Made by a program: the position numbers and the translations under genes
The notes under the pieces: model-generated
Database searches by the model: none
Told to the model about the DNA's origin: nothing
The model's input: the letters and a program-made list of their open reading frames with translations, nothing else
NCBI RefSeq assembly: GCF_009914755.1
Contig: NC_060939.1
Length of the DNA: 64,000 bases
Direction: 5' to 3' (one strand)
DNA from: the human T2T-CHM13v2.0 reference genome, Homo sapiens
Part shown: in pieces, positions 1 through 36,678 of the stretch
Layout: each line of letters opens with the position of its first letter
How positions within the stretch are numbered: position 1 is the first letter of the stretch

Positions 1-3779
<3,779 letters not shown>

Positions 3780-3789
3780 AGCTTATTTT

Positions 3790-4365
3790 ATCTTGTAATT
3801 ATCATATGGATCTACTGGATCATTTGTAAATCTAAAATATATTATGAGATCTTCATGATCTTATTTTTCCTATATCATAAAACATTTTGCTATTGTATTC
3901 CCTCAGGAACTATTTCATCATTACTCATCAATTATTCCCAACCCATGCTTTGAAAAAAAGACTAAAATAGTAAGAAAACAGAAGAATGATGGAATTGCCT
4001 GAATGACTCAATAGTGACATGAGTCATTGCTATTTCACCAATTTTCAGTTTTCTTATTGCCTTGTCCAAAGCATTAGGACCGTCTTTCAAGAAAGTGTAA
4101 AAAGTCCAGAGATATCATCTTTGTATTTTTTTTTAGCTTTCATTGCACACAGTTAAGAATTCAGAATTGTTCATTTTCCTACAAAGAGGAAAGAGAAGGA
4201 AACTGACAGAGGAAGACATTTCACAGCTATTAGAGCAATCAGTAGATGAATGCAACGCGACAAACAGCAGCACTCTAGACTGTAATGATGAGGTAAAAGC
4301 ATCGTATGAGCAAAATCTTCAGATGATGACATCATGCATGAATTTTCTCAAACCCAAGAATTGTC
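3790..4365 (+). mobile_element. Possible piggyBac-like (Looper-type) DNA transposon relic
   Basis: AT-rich block encoding GKRRKLTEEDISQLLEQSVDE, which resembles the basic-then-acidic N-terminus of piggyBac-family transposases. Family call is from memory only. Confidence 0.35.
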
Positions 4366-5029
4366 CCTATTTTCCCAGGGGTGGGGGAGAACTAGAGAGG
4401 GATGGCTCTTTGCCCAGGGTCACTCAGCTCTTGCTCTGTCCTGTTGCTCAGAGATCTGTGACTGAGCCAGCCCCTCCTGTAGCATACAGTAGATGCTGCC
4501 CCGCAGGATGGGACAGGGCTGGACCTTGAGGTGAAGAGGCTGTCTGGATACCTGCTCCTGACTGCTAGCTCTTCGCCCACCTCACCTGCCACCTGTCCTT
4601 TGGCGTTGGGTTCTTGAGGCCGTGGTTTCCCTCTGGGTGGTGACTCAGTGCCCACAGCCCGCCTTGCATGTGATCTTCCCCTCCCCTGGGCCTCACTGAC
4701 TGCCCCAGCAAGAGGCAGCTGTGGTTTCCCCTGAAGCAGCAACCACGAACTGCCAAGCCCACCCCACCCCTCCGTGTCCTAGCCCCAACCTCGGGGCCTC
4801 AGCTGAAGGAGAGATGGGGAGGCCTCATAGGCCCATGGCACTTGGTGTTTACAACGAGCTTAGCCCTCACAGCATGAGTGTGGAAAGTATTATCCCTATT
4901 CAATTGATGAGGAGAGTGAGGCCAACATGTGTGAGGGGCTTATTTCATTTATGCATTCATTTATTCTACAAGCGTCTCTCAAAAGCCCACTAAAACCCAG
5001 GACAGTAGACCCAGAGACACGATGTCCAG

Positions 5030-5425
5030 ATGTACCTCAGGAAGGACTGGCCCTGGCGGCGGGAGGGTCGTGAGTGCTCAGCTCTCCAGGGATTGCCCCC
5101 AGCTGCAGAGATTTGCCTCCTCTGCCTCGGCCTCCCATGCCTTTCTCTGGGCAGCCTCATATCCAAGGACTAATCCAGCTGGGTACTAATTCAGGCCCGG
5201 CTATTTAAGCCCTGTGTGGGGCGGTGACAGGTCATTCGGAGCTCCCAGTGAGGCAGCTGAGGCCAGGGTTGGGCCTGTCTTGCAGCTGGACTTCTTCTCC
5301 CTCTGCCCAGTTTGGCCTCTTTGCCTTCCCTTCTCCAGGTGCTGTCTGCAAGAGCTCTCCCTAACAGACATCCCTCACAGTAACTCCGAGCCCAAATCCA
5401 CTTCCTGAGGAACCCACCCTGCAAC
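5030..5425 (+). mobile_element. ERVL LTR16-type solo LTR
   Basis: 3' end CCACTTCCTGAGGAACCCACCCTGCAAC and internal TGCCCAG...CTTCCCTTC resemble LTR16A; heavily diverged. Confidence 0.55.
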
Positions 5426-6970
5426 CCTCGGCTTTCAAAGAGTGGCCAGCCTCATGGCACAGAGGCATGTAAACCACCCGGGTGGGGAGAGAATAGGCCC
5501 AGGGAGACACAGCCACCGGGGCCCAGAAAGCTGGCTTTGGTTTTGTGGGGGGTGTGGGCCGCAGAGTTCAGGATTGGGGCGTGGCAGCAAGGCAGGGGCC
5601 CAAGCGCCTGAAAACCACAGCCCACCCCCTTGGCTTGGAGAAGGGCGAGGTCCCCACCTGTCTACCATGATTTTCTCAGACCCAGTCTGCTCCAATAAGC
5701 AGCCCCCGCTCGGCTGGACCGTCTCCCAATTTCCCTTCCCAAATACATACTCTGACTGTGGGTCTAGATGCCTCCTACATCCTGAGTGCCTTGTGGCCAG
5801 CCAGCAGCAGCAGCAGAGCTGCCCAGAGGAACTGTGCTGGATCTAGTAGGGGGAGAAGGGAGAACAGGCCCTTCTGGGACCCCAAGATCCCGTGCAGGGA
5901 GCACATCTGGGTTCCAAACCCACAAAAGGAAACGTGGCCAAGAAAGCAACCAATCTCCACCCCCGGCAGGGTTGGGCTGCACCGCCATACTGTGACTGTG
6001 CTGGCTACAGTCCCATGGCGATGGGGAACTCACAGCCCCGTGCCCCTCCAACCAGAGGTCCCTGGGCTGGGCAACTTAGATAATTAGGAAGGTCTTCCTT
6101 CCCTTAAGGTCCTCCTCTGGCCTCTGGAGCTATGGGATCTGCTGTTCTTTGGTACCAGTAATCCACATGTGAGGCCCCATTTTTCTCCTAAGTCACTGTA
6201 GGATCTTGGGCCTCAGTTCTCCATCTGTTTAGCAAGGGAGAGCAGAGGAGAGCCAGTCCTTCCACTTCCCACCTGCCCTGACATTTTATGACTCAGTGAT
6301 ACACTGACGCCTGTCCCGTTCTGCCTCCTTGCCTTCTCTCCTCCAAGTTGCCCAGCTCCATCACCTTCCCTGCCCCTCCCTTGACCTTCCACCTCCCCTG
6401 GGCTGACAAGAGCTGAGGGTGGTCAGAAGTCGGCCCGGCTTCCCACCTGACACAGAGGACTGCTCGAAGGAGATGCTGGTCACTAAGAGCAGGGCAGCAG
6501 CTGTAACAAGCCAGCATTCTGGAAGCTCCTGGAAATCATATTGCAGAATGCTGGCCTGGCAAGGGGTGAGGGTAAGGGTCTAGGGTGGGGAACAGTGAGT
6601 TCTATATAGCAGGGGAGCCAGGACAAGTGCTGTCCATGCTGGAATGCTTCGTTCTGAGCAAGAATGACATCACAGACAACCCCTGCTCCATGCTTATTAC
6701 CATGGGCTGCCCAAACCCCCACCCACACAGGGAGGGCAGCGGGAGGGGACCGAAATGAATGGGCACAAGCTGTGGCATAAATTCTGGTGGAGGATGGAGG
6801 GAAACGATGCCAGAGCATCTAGCCAGGCCATAGCCTCACAAGCTCTGTCCCTGAGACAGGATTTCTGCAACACTGGAGAGGGATGGTACCCAGCCATCCA
6901 TGACTTCTGTGCCAGGCCCGACTTGTGTTTAATTGTATACATTATTAATGGAACTGGTGGCAAGGGGCTG

Positions 6971-7135
6971 GGGCTCAGTCTGTGACCAGCATCAGGGCTC
7001 AGTCTATGACCAGGTTCAGTGCTTTATCTAGGACCAGGACCAAGACTCATTCTGTGGTAGGATCAGGGCTTAGTGAGTGATCAGGATGAGAGCTCAGTCT
7101 GTGACGAGATCATGGGCTCAAGCCTATAGCTCACA
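6971..7135. repeat. Degenerate 24-bp minisatellite, consensus GGGCTCAGTCTGTGACCAGGATCA, 6-7 units
   Basis: Units start at 6971, 6995, 7019, 7043, 7066, 7090 and 7114. Confidence 0.8.
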
Positions 7136-7388
7136 TTAAGGATCCCCTCCGGGTGGGGCTCAGAGCCAGGGACATTGTGGAAAGTGTCTGAAGGCAAGGT
7201 GGGGTCAGCTGGGAGAGAGGGGAGAAGTGGAAGCATGAAGGCCAAGAGGTCCCTGGGCCTGAGGCCAGCTGTGTGAAAACAGAAAAGAGAGTCAGGACTC
7301 CAGCTCTGCCACTCACTGGCTGTGTGATTTTGGAGAGTTACTTCCCTTTTTGAGGTCTATGTTGTCTTGTGCGTAAAATGGGAATATT

Positions 7389-8292
<904 letters not shown>

Positions 8293-8589
8293 TAAAATTT
8301 TTAAAAGTGGGAATTTTGACTTCTGTTCTGCCTTTGAGATAGAGTCTTGCTCTGAGTCACCAACATGCAAGTTACTATTTCACAAAGCACCAAGAACCCT
8401 TATCAATACCTGCCTCCCAAGATTATTCACAGGAGTGAGAATGCACTTCATGAGACAGCAGAAAAAATGGGGAGGGGTTGTTTGCTCAATTTCCAAAGGA
8501 GAATTGCTTCAGACAGGAAAATCTCAAAAGGAAACAGCCTTACTGTTGTCATGGCTTCTCCTCACAGTTCTTCTGGTCAGTTTTTATTC

Positions 8590-10212
<1,623 letters not shown>

Positions 10213-11107
10213 GGAAGATCTGGGGCTCCGAATCCAGCTAGGATGGCTGTGGTTCCGCTACTGCTGTCTGGGGGTTTGTGGAACACCGTGGGAGCGTCCA
10301 ATCTGGCTGTTACTCGCGGCTCTATGGTGAAGCTGCTCGAAATGCACTACAGTGTCCATCTGCAGTCACACGATGTGCTCTATGGGTCAGGTACTGGGCA
10401 GCAGTCAGTGACAAGTGTAACCTCCATGGATGACAGCAACAGTTACTGGAGAATATGGGTAAGATCACCACAGCTGGTGAGAGGGGAACCCCCATCAAGT
10501 GCTGCCAGCCCATCCGGCTGACACATGTCAACACTGGCTGAAACCTCCACAACTTTCTGAAAACCAGGAAGTGGGTGCTTTTGGTGAGGAAGGTGAAGGT
10601 AGTCACCTGGATGACTGGACCATACTCTGTAACGGGCCCTACTGGGTGAGAGATGGTGAGGGGTGGTTCAAACATTCTTCCATTGAGGAACCGCTGTCTG
10701 TCACAGGAGAACGATATGGTGGACCCATCAGTGGGCAAAAAGAGACGCATGGTCTGGCCTAGCCAAGCCGAGCAACGACTGGAAAGCCATGGAAGGCATC
10801 TTCATGAGGCCCAGTGAGTTGTTGAAGGCAGGAGGCCACCATGCAGAGGTAGGAGTCTGGAGGCTCTGAGCCACTGTCACTACACAGTTTGTAGACATCT
10901 GTGCTGCTTCACCTTGGGATCCCTGCCACAAGTTCCCCAGGAGTGGCCATGTTACTACTGAGATGAAGATGTGCAATGGAAAACAGTGGCTGTGTTCACA
11001 AGCTCCAGCCCTGCACATTTGAATTGGCTGCTCTCCCAGACTTGGGTCAGTACTTTCTGAGTAGAGGACTTGCTGGTGACAGGGTGGATGCTTTTTATTC
11101 ATACTGG

Positions 11108-12492
11108 TGTGTCCGGAATTGGTGGGTTCTTGGTCTCACTGACTTCAAGAATGAAGCCACGGACCCTTGCGGTGAGTGTTACAGTTCTTAAAGGCGGTGT
11201 GTCCGGAGTTTGTTCCTTCTGATGTTCGGATGTGTTTGGAGTTTCTTCCTTCTGGTGGGTTCCTGGTCTCACTGGCTCAGGAGTGAAGCTGCGGACCTTT
11301 GCCGTGAGTGTTACAGCTCTTAAGGCGGTGCGTCTGGAGTTGTTCGTTCCTCCCGGTGGGTTCGTGGTCTCGTTGGCTTCAGGAGTGAAGCTGCAGACCT
11401 TTGCTGTGAGTGTTACAGCTCATAAAAGCAAGGTGGACCCAAAGAGTGAGCAGCAGCAAGATTTGTTGCAAAGAGCGAAAGAACAAAGCTTCCACAGTGT
11501 GGAAGGGGACCCGGGTTGCCACTGCCAGCTCGGGCAGCCTGCTTTTATTCTCTTATCTGGCCCCACCCACATCCTGCTGAGTGGTAGAGTCCAGTGGTCT
11601 GTTTTGACAGGGCGCTGATTGGTGCGTTTACAATCCCTGAGCTAGACACAAAGGTTCTCCACGTCCCCACCAGATTAGCTAGATACAGAGTGTGGCCACA
11701 AAGGTTCTCCAAGTCCACTCTGTATCTACCAGAGTAGCCAGATACAGAGTGTCCACTGGTGCATTCACAAACCCTGAGCGAGACACAGCGTGCTGATTGG
11801 TATGTTTACAAACCTTGAGCTAGATACAGAGTGCCAATTGGTGTATTTACAATCCCTTAGCTAGACATAAAGGTTCTCCAAGTCCCCACCAATCTCAGGA
11901 GCCCAGCTGGGTTCACCCAGTGGATCCTGCACCGGGGCTGCAGGTGGAGCTGCCTGCCAGTCCCGCGCCGTGTGCCCGCACTCCTCAGCTCTTGGGTGGT
12001 CCATGGGACTGGGCGCCTTGGAGCAAGGGGTGGCGCTCCTGGGGGAGGCTCCGGCAGCACAGGAGCCCACGGAGTGGGGTGGAGGCTCAGGCATGGCGGG
12101 CTGCAGGTCCCGAGCCCTGCCCCGTGGGAAGGCAGCTAAGGCCCGGCGAGAAATTGAGCACAGAAGCTGCTGGCCCAGGTGCTAAGCCCCTCACTGCCCG
12201 GGGCGGTGGGGCCGGCCGGCCGCTCCGAGGTCCGCTGAGCCCACGCCCACCCGGAACTCGCGCTGGCCCGCAAGCACCGCGCGCAGCCCGGGTTCCCGCC
12301 GCGCCTCTCCCTCCACACCTCCCGGCAAGCTGAGGGAGCCGGCTCCGGGCTTGGCCAGCCCAGAAAGGGGCTCCTACAGTGCAGCGGCGGGCTGAAGGGC
12401 TCCTCAAGTGCCGCCATAGTGGGAGCCCAGGCAGAGGAGGCGCGGAGAGCGAGCCAGGGCTGTGAGGACTGCCAGCACGCTGTCACCTCTCA
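11108..12492 (-). mobile_element. Solo LTR12C-type LTR (ERV9), full length
   Basis: Minus strand runs TGAGAGGTGACAGCGTGCTGGCAG...CACCAATTCCGGACACA. Perfect 4-bp TSD CTGG (11104-11107 / 12493-12496). CpG-rich U3, tandem CCAAT-containing subrepeats, TATA-like ATAAAAG near 11542-11548. Confidence 0.95.
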
Positions 12493-12613
12493 CTGGTAAG
12501 ACACACTGAGGGGACATCCCTCTTAGCTGTGAAACTTCTAGTCCTCAGGAGCTTGGCGTCCTGGATTGTTAAACTTCATGACTTTATCCCAATTTTCTTT
12601 CTCCAAAATGATG

Positions 12614-12901
12614 TTTTTTTTGAGACAATCTTGCTCTGTCGCTTAGGCTGGAGTGCCATGGCCTAACTCAGCTCACTGCAACCTCCGCCTCCCGGGTTCA
12701 AGCAATTCTCTTGCCTCAGCCTCCCAAGTAGCTGGGATTACAGGTGCCCGCCACCACACCCGGCTAATTTTTGTATTTTTAGTAGAGACAGGATTTTACC
12801 ATGTTGGCTAGGGCTGGTCTCTTAACTCCTGGCCTCAACTGATCCACCCCCCTCAGCCTCCCAAAGTGCTGGGATTACAGGTGTGAGCCGCCATGTCGGG
12901 C
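12614..12901 (-). mobile_element. AluS inserted in the SDF2 pseudogene 3' UTR
   Basis: TSD CTCCAAAATGAT at 12601-12612 and 12902-12913. Confidence 0.92.
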
Positions 12902-13194
12902 CTCCAAAATGATTTTTTTTTTTTAAAGAAAGAATTTTATTATTAGCCTCTGTGTTATTTATTAGGTGTGCTATTTCATGATTTGCTTTATCCTTGAGTC
13001 CTAAAACTCTTTTGAGATGCTGGGAACCTTCAATGTGGGGGCCTTTTAAGAGCTTTAGTTGCATCCGAACCTTTTCTCTTTCTACTTTCATTTCTCCGCA
13101 GGTACCTCATTTTTAATAGATTTTTGACTAATTATGGCCAAAGACTCTCAAAGAATACAACACAATAAACAGCCAAATAATTTTATTCCTAAGT

Positions 13195-13598
13195 TGTTGG
13201 GGTGATCAGACCCAACACCAGGCCGTGGGGGATATGAAGTCCCGCGGAATCAAACCCATGAGAAAAGACAAGAGAGAAAGTCGGACCAGGGGCCCAACTA
13301 TAGGGAGGCTGGGAAGGCCCTGAGCTCTGGGAGCCCAGGCTATTTATTGGTGATCAAACAAAGAAACAGGTGTTGAGGATTGTAAGGAAGCAGTGTATCA
13401 AGCGAATGAGCTACAGCTGTGATGGTTTAGCATTTTCTTTGAAACATATGGCTACTTGAGATAATGGGAGTGCTAGAAGCAAGGAGCCAGCAAATCTAGG
13501 CACATTCCAAAGGCCACGAGGGGTTTTAGACCCTGGACCGCCGACATGTACCAAGCCCTGCTCAGCTTCTCTCCCAACACTCAGCTTTTCTCCCAACA
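13195..13598 (-). mobile_element. Solo ERVK-class LTR (LTR14A/B-like)
   Basis: TG...CA termini (minus strand TGTTGGGAGAAAAGCTGAGTG...TGATCACCCCAACA), internal AATAAA, 6-bp TSD CTAAGT/GTAAGT with 1 mismatch, as expected for ERVK. Confidence 0.75.
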
Positions 13599-14566
13599 GT
13601 AAGTATTTTATTCTTTTTGATGCTATTGTATAGAATTGCTTTCTTAATTTCATTTTTATATTATTCATTGCTAGCATAAAGAAATATGGTTGACTTTTAT
13701 ATATTGATATTATACTCCTCAAACTGATTGAATTCATTAGTTCTAGTAGTTGTTTTTAGTGGATTCCTTAGGATTTTCTCTATTCAAGATCATATGCTCC
13801 GCAAATAGAGATGGCTTTACTTCCTCCATCCCAATTTCAGTGGTATTTGAAATTAAATTTTAATTGCCCTGGCTAACTGCCCTGGTTGGATCTCCAGGAC
13901 AATGTTGAGTAGAAGTTGTGAGAGTGGACATCCTTCTCTGGCTCCTGATCTTAGGGGGAGGTTTCAGTTTTTCACCATTAAGTATGAAGTTGGTGTTGGG
14001 TTTTTCATAGGTGAACCTTAACAGGTTGAGGAAGTTCCCTTCTATTCCTAGTTTGCTGAGTGTCTTTATCATAAAAGAGTGTTGGATTTTGTCAAATTCT
14101 TTTTCTGCATCATTGAGATGATCTTGTGGTTTTCTTCCTTATTCTACTAATATGGTGCATTGGATTGATTCATTTTCGTAAGTCCAGCCAACCTTGCATT
14201 CTTGGGAAAAATCCCACTTGGTCAATCTTATATGTTGCTGGATTCAGTTAGATAGTATTTTATTAAAGATTTCTATATCTATATTGACAAGGGATATTGG
14301 TCTGTAGAATTTTTGTTTCTGTTTTTGTTGTGATGTCTCTCTGGTTTTGGTATCAGAATAATAACTGGCCTCATAGAATAGGTTAGGAAGTATTCTTTCC
14401 TCTTCTGATTTTTGGAAGACTTTATGGAGAATTGGAGTTCATCCTTCAACTGTTTTAAAATTCACTAGTGAAATCATCCCTACTTTTTCTTTGTGAGAAG
14501 TTTTTTGATCATATATATTGATCTTGCATACTGTGACCCTGCTACATTTGCTTATTAGTTCTATTA

Positions 14567-16020
<1,454 letters not shown>

Positions 16021-16063
16021 TTCATCTCAAAAACAAACAAAACAAAAAGCAAACAAAAAAAAA

Positions 16064-16679
<616 letters not shown>

Positions 16680-16863
16680 TATTGTTTTTTTCTATTTCAT
16701 TGATTTCTGCTCTTATCTTTATTATTTTCTTCTTCTTACTTTGGGTTTGATTTCCTTTTCTTTTTTGAACTACTTGAGGTGGAAGCTTAGATTATTGATA
16801 TTTGATTCGTCTCCCATTGCAGCATAAGCATTTAAATTATGTAAATTATAAATTTACTTATAA

Positions 16864-21940
<5,077 letters not shown>

Positions 21941-23329
21941 AATAAGTTGTTGAGCCAGGATTGTGTCCAAAGCTTCCCCACTTTTACTACATCGCATGCC
22001 TTTCTATGGAAAAAAGCCTTCCCTTCTTCCCTAGTACTTCTCCCAAAACACACACTCATATAGAGTAGCACTTGAGATCCAGTGCCCCTTGGCAGCCGAT
22101 TGCAGTGGGTAAGCTGAGCTCAGGGTTGCAGGCCAGCAGGGCGGCAGTCAGCACACAGAGCTTTCCTATCCCCCCAGGAAACCTGCAAGGACCCCAGTAG
22201 GCCTTAGATGGCCAGTGTTGGCAAATCCTAACTGGGAGGCAAACTGGGAGAGCCCACTGCCGTTGCAGACTGGTTACTGTCCCCGCTGGAGCCCTGTGGA
22301 AGTGGGTAGAAATCCAGGCCTAAGGAGGGTACCAAGCCAGAGCCACCTGCCCCCTAGTACCCCAGCCTGGGGGGGCCACCCAGTGAGCATTTCTGTCTCC
22401 TCGGGTGCTGTAGTCAAGGTGAAAAGCAAGTTGCAACCTGAAGGCTGGGCATTCCAGGTATAGGGCTTCTTCTGGTTAAAATGTGTGGGTACGGGGACTA
22501 GGGGAGGCTTGGAAGGGGCTGTCCCCAGAGTTTCTATGAGTGAATATATACTTTGAAACACTTAGAACCTTATTGTCAGCATGGACAGACAGGGACCTTG
22601 GGGACAGAGGGACATTAAGGCCAACATCTTGTTTTATAGATCAGTAAACTGAGGTCCAGAGACCCATGGCCTAGCGAAGGAGGTTCAAGTGCAGGCCTTC
22701 CTGACCACAGTGCACCGCCAAGGCTCCTTCTCTACACCACTGCATGTGTGCGTGTGAGTGGGCAGCTGCACACCATCGTATACGTAAACGTGTTTACGCA
22801 TGGAGTACATGTGCTTTATGGTGCAGGGGTGAAGGCACAAAGGCGTGTGTATGGGGGGGCTGGGGTGTTATACTAGCAGGCTGAGCAGACTGTAACAAGG
22901 GGACACACATCTCTCTTTTGGGCCAACCCATGTTTGGAGAAGACAGGAGCTTTCTCATGCACAAGCGCCAAGAGAGGAAAGTGAACCCAGGTTTGGGCGG
23001 TCTGTGGTGACTTGTGCCATGGACCATGTGGAAGCCTGAAGATGCCTGGGGCCTTCGTAGTACCATTGCCTTTAGCCTCCCGTGGCCACCTGCAGCAACT
23101 GCCATCACCCTTACTGTGGACGGGAGTTGCACTGCTAAAGTCCCCACGGCCCTGCAGGATGGCCAGAGATGTCTGCCCTCACTCCGCTACCCTCTCAGTC
23201 TTCTTTGACCACTCTGGTCCCCCAACCTCAATGTCGACCCCACATCTGCAAGTGACATCACTGTCCATGTAGCTCTGTAAGTCTTCAAACTGGGAGTCAG
23301 CCTACCTCCTGCCATCACTGACCTTCAAG

Positions 23330-25144
<1,815 letters not shown>

Positions 25145-25629
25145 TAGCCAGGATGGTCTCGATCTCCTGACCTTGTGGTCTGCCTGCCTCAGCCTCCCAA
25201 AGTGCTGGGGTTACAGGCCCAGGAACAGGATAATGATAATATCTGTTCCAAACAGTGTCTTCACTAAATAATCCCAACCAGTAAGAAATAGAATCATTTC
25301 AATCACAAGACTCAAGTCACTCCAAAAAGATGATGCTAAGAGCTGTTGATCACGTGTTCCTTCAGCGATCCATACCAACATACTGATGAAGCTACAGCTA
25401 AGGTATTAGGCTACTGTGCTCCCATCTAGGAAGTGACCCCCAGGGATTCTTCACCCTGTGCTTTCACCAGCACTCTGTATATGAACTTAACCACCTCAGC
25501 ACTCCCCCCTGCTTTTGCCATGTCTTCTGTGTTTGGATGTTGAGTATTGCTGGATGGAAAGCTTTGCTATCAGCAGAACAATGGTTGAGGTTGTAAAAGC
25601 CTACTAAGTGCCATTCTAAAATGGGTCGT

Positions 25630-26120
25630 TGTGCTGTATGAAACAACAACCACAACAACTCAGAAGCTTCAAACAATAATCCTTTATTGTCACGCTCATG
25701 ACCTGTGGGTCAGCTGTACAATTCAGCTGAAATTGAATCGTACCTTGGTTGATCGAGGCTAGACTCCAAGCTGCAGGCTGAGTTCAGATCTGCTCGGCAT
25801 GTCCCTCGTTCTCCTGGGACCAGCGGCTACCCAGGGATTATGGCCTGTTCCTGGAGACTCATTCCTGGACCCAGAAGGAAGGAGCAGCAGCTATATGGGG
25901 CACGTTCTTGTCATGGCAGATTACTGCAGCATGAGAAGGCATGTCCAACTGAGCAAGCACATTTCAAAACTTCTCATGTCAGGTTCACAAGTTTCCTACT
26001 GGCCAAAGCAAGTCACATGGCCAAACACAAAATCAAAAGGTGGGAAAGTATTCTCTGTCCACCATGGCAAGGATGTGGGTGGATAATTATATTACAAGGG
26101 ACAAATAATTCAATCTTTCA
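25630..26120 (-). mobile_element. MLT1-family MaLR LTR
   Basis: TGGCCAAAGCAAGTCACATGGCCAA and AACTCAGAAGCTTCAAACAATAA motifs. Confidence 0.7.
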
Positions 26121-26309
26121 CAGTCTTTGGGGATCCAGGGCACTGCCTTTGTTCATGCCCCAGCACTTCTCATCAAGACAAAAGAACATCCTGCTAGGAG
26201 ACTTTCCTGCCACTAGCAGAGCCCCTTCAAACCTAGTGGCAGCTAGAGTGATTTTTTTTTTTTTTTTAACTAGCTCTCCTCTAGTTTTGTCTGTTTGTGT
26301 GTATGGTAA

Positions 26310-28160
<1,851 letters not shown>

Positions 28161-28252
28161 AGAGTGACATTTTAAACAAGCAAATCTGATCCTATCACTT
28201 ACCTGCTTAAAACTTTTCCAAGGATGTTCATTACATCATTGTTTGAACTGGT

Positions 28253-29048
<796 letters not shown>

Positions 29049-29175
29049 TTGTGGATACCTTTTGGGTATAAAGGCATACAATATAGGGAAGGGTACATAG
29101 TACACTGACCACAGTAGTTGTCTCAGCAGGCTGAGATTGTGTAGTGCGATGGAAAGTTAATTCACTCTGTTTTGT

Positions 29176-32790
<3,615 letters not shown>

Positions 32791-32837
32791 TTCCGTATTG
32801 TATTACTTGTTTACTTACTTTAACCAACAAATAAATA

Positions 32838-36061
<3,224 letters not shown>

Positions 36062-36678
36062 CTAACTGGGAAAACTGAAATAGGAAGACCTCGCCTTGAC
36101 CCTAGGGAATGAAGCCAAAACTCAGAGGGCTGGAGGTATCCAGCTGCCTAGCTGCTGTCCAGCCAGGAGCACAGTTTCTTTGGAGGTCCCCAAACCATGC
36201 TGGTGGAGCCTCATCTATCTCTTTAGCTCCCCATCAAAGGGATCACTTTATCAGCTGCACAGTCTTTAAGCCCAACGTCCACAGCAGGACTCTCTTTTAA
36301 AACAGTTTGGCCTTGAGAGAGGCAGTCCGCTTGTTATCTATGTTTTGTTTTGTGTTGGCTTCCTGGCGAGTTATCAGGGAGACTTTGGTTTCTTTGTCTT
36401 CTGTTATCTCCCTGCTGGGTTTCAAAGCTGCCCTCTGAGCTGCTGTCAGCCTGAGCTGTGTCTTCCCCTGCAGGGACAGAGAGCCGGAGGTGGAAGGGGC
36501 CACAACTCTACCAGAGCCTTCCCTTCCAGCTGTTGTCTCCTGGGCGCCCACCCCCAGTGCCTGGAACTTGCCAGCTCTCATCAAGGCTGGCTAGGTGTCA
36601 CTTGTGGCTTCTCCAGGGGCATATAACATCAAGAGAGTGGGCCTCATAGGGCCAAGATCAGGGGAAAGGAGGGGGGTT

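Larger units (their letters stand above)
10213..13178 (+). pseudogene. SDF2: Processed pseudogene of SDF2 (stromal cell-derived factor 2, MIR-domain ER protein); CDS relic 10243-10854, 3' UTR interrupted by LTR12C and an Alu
   Basis: Translations MAVVPLLLSGGLWNTVGASNLAVTRGSMVKLL...SHDVLYGSGTGQQSVTSVTSMDDSNSYWRI, NQEVGAFGEEGEGSHLDDWTILCNGPYWVRDGEG.FKHSS and WKAMEGIFMRPSELLKA..HHAE match SDF2 colinearly with no introns. Lesions: frameshift near 10457, deletion in the HSHHFTSP region, TAG at 10760-10762, terminal HAEL-stop lost. AATAAA at 13164-13169. Probable TSD AAATTTATTTCT (10201-10212) / AATTTTATTCCT (13179-13190). The 3' boundary is less certain than the CDS. Confidence 0.93.

Noticed and set aside
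6971-7135. CRISPR-like array
   Set aside because: Human DNA; units are contiguous with no unique spacers, and there are no cas genes.
10243-10854. Functional SDF2 retrogene
   Set aside because: Frameshift, internal deletion, premature stop and loss of the C-terminal HAEL.
11930-12490. CpG island marking a host gene promoter, and its GC-rich ORFs
   Set aside because: Lies entirely within the U3 of the LTR12C.
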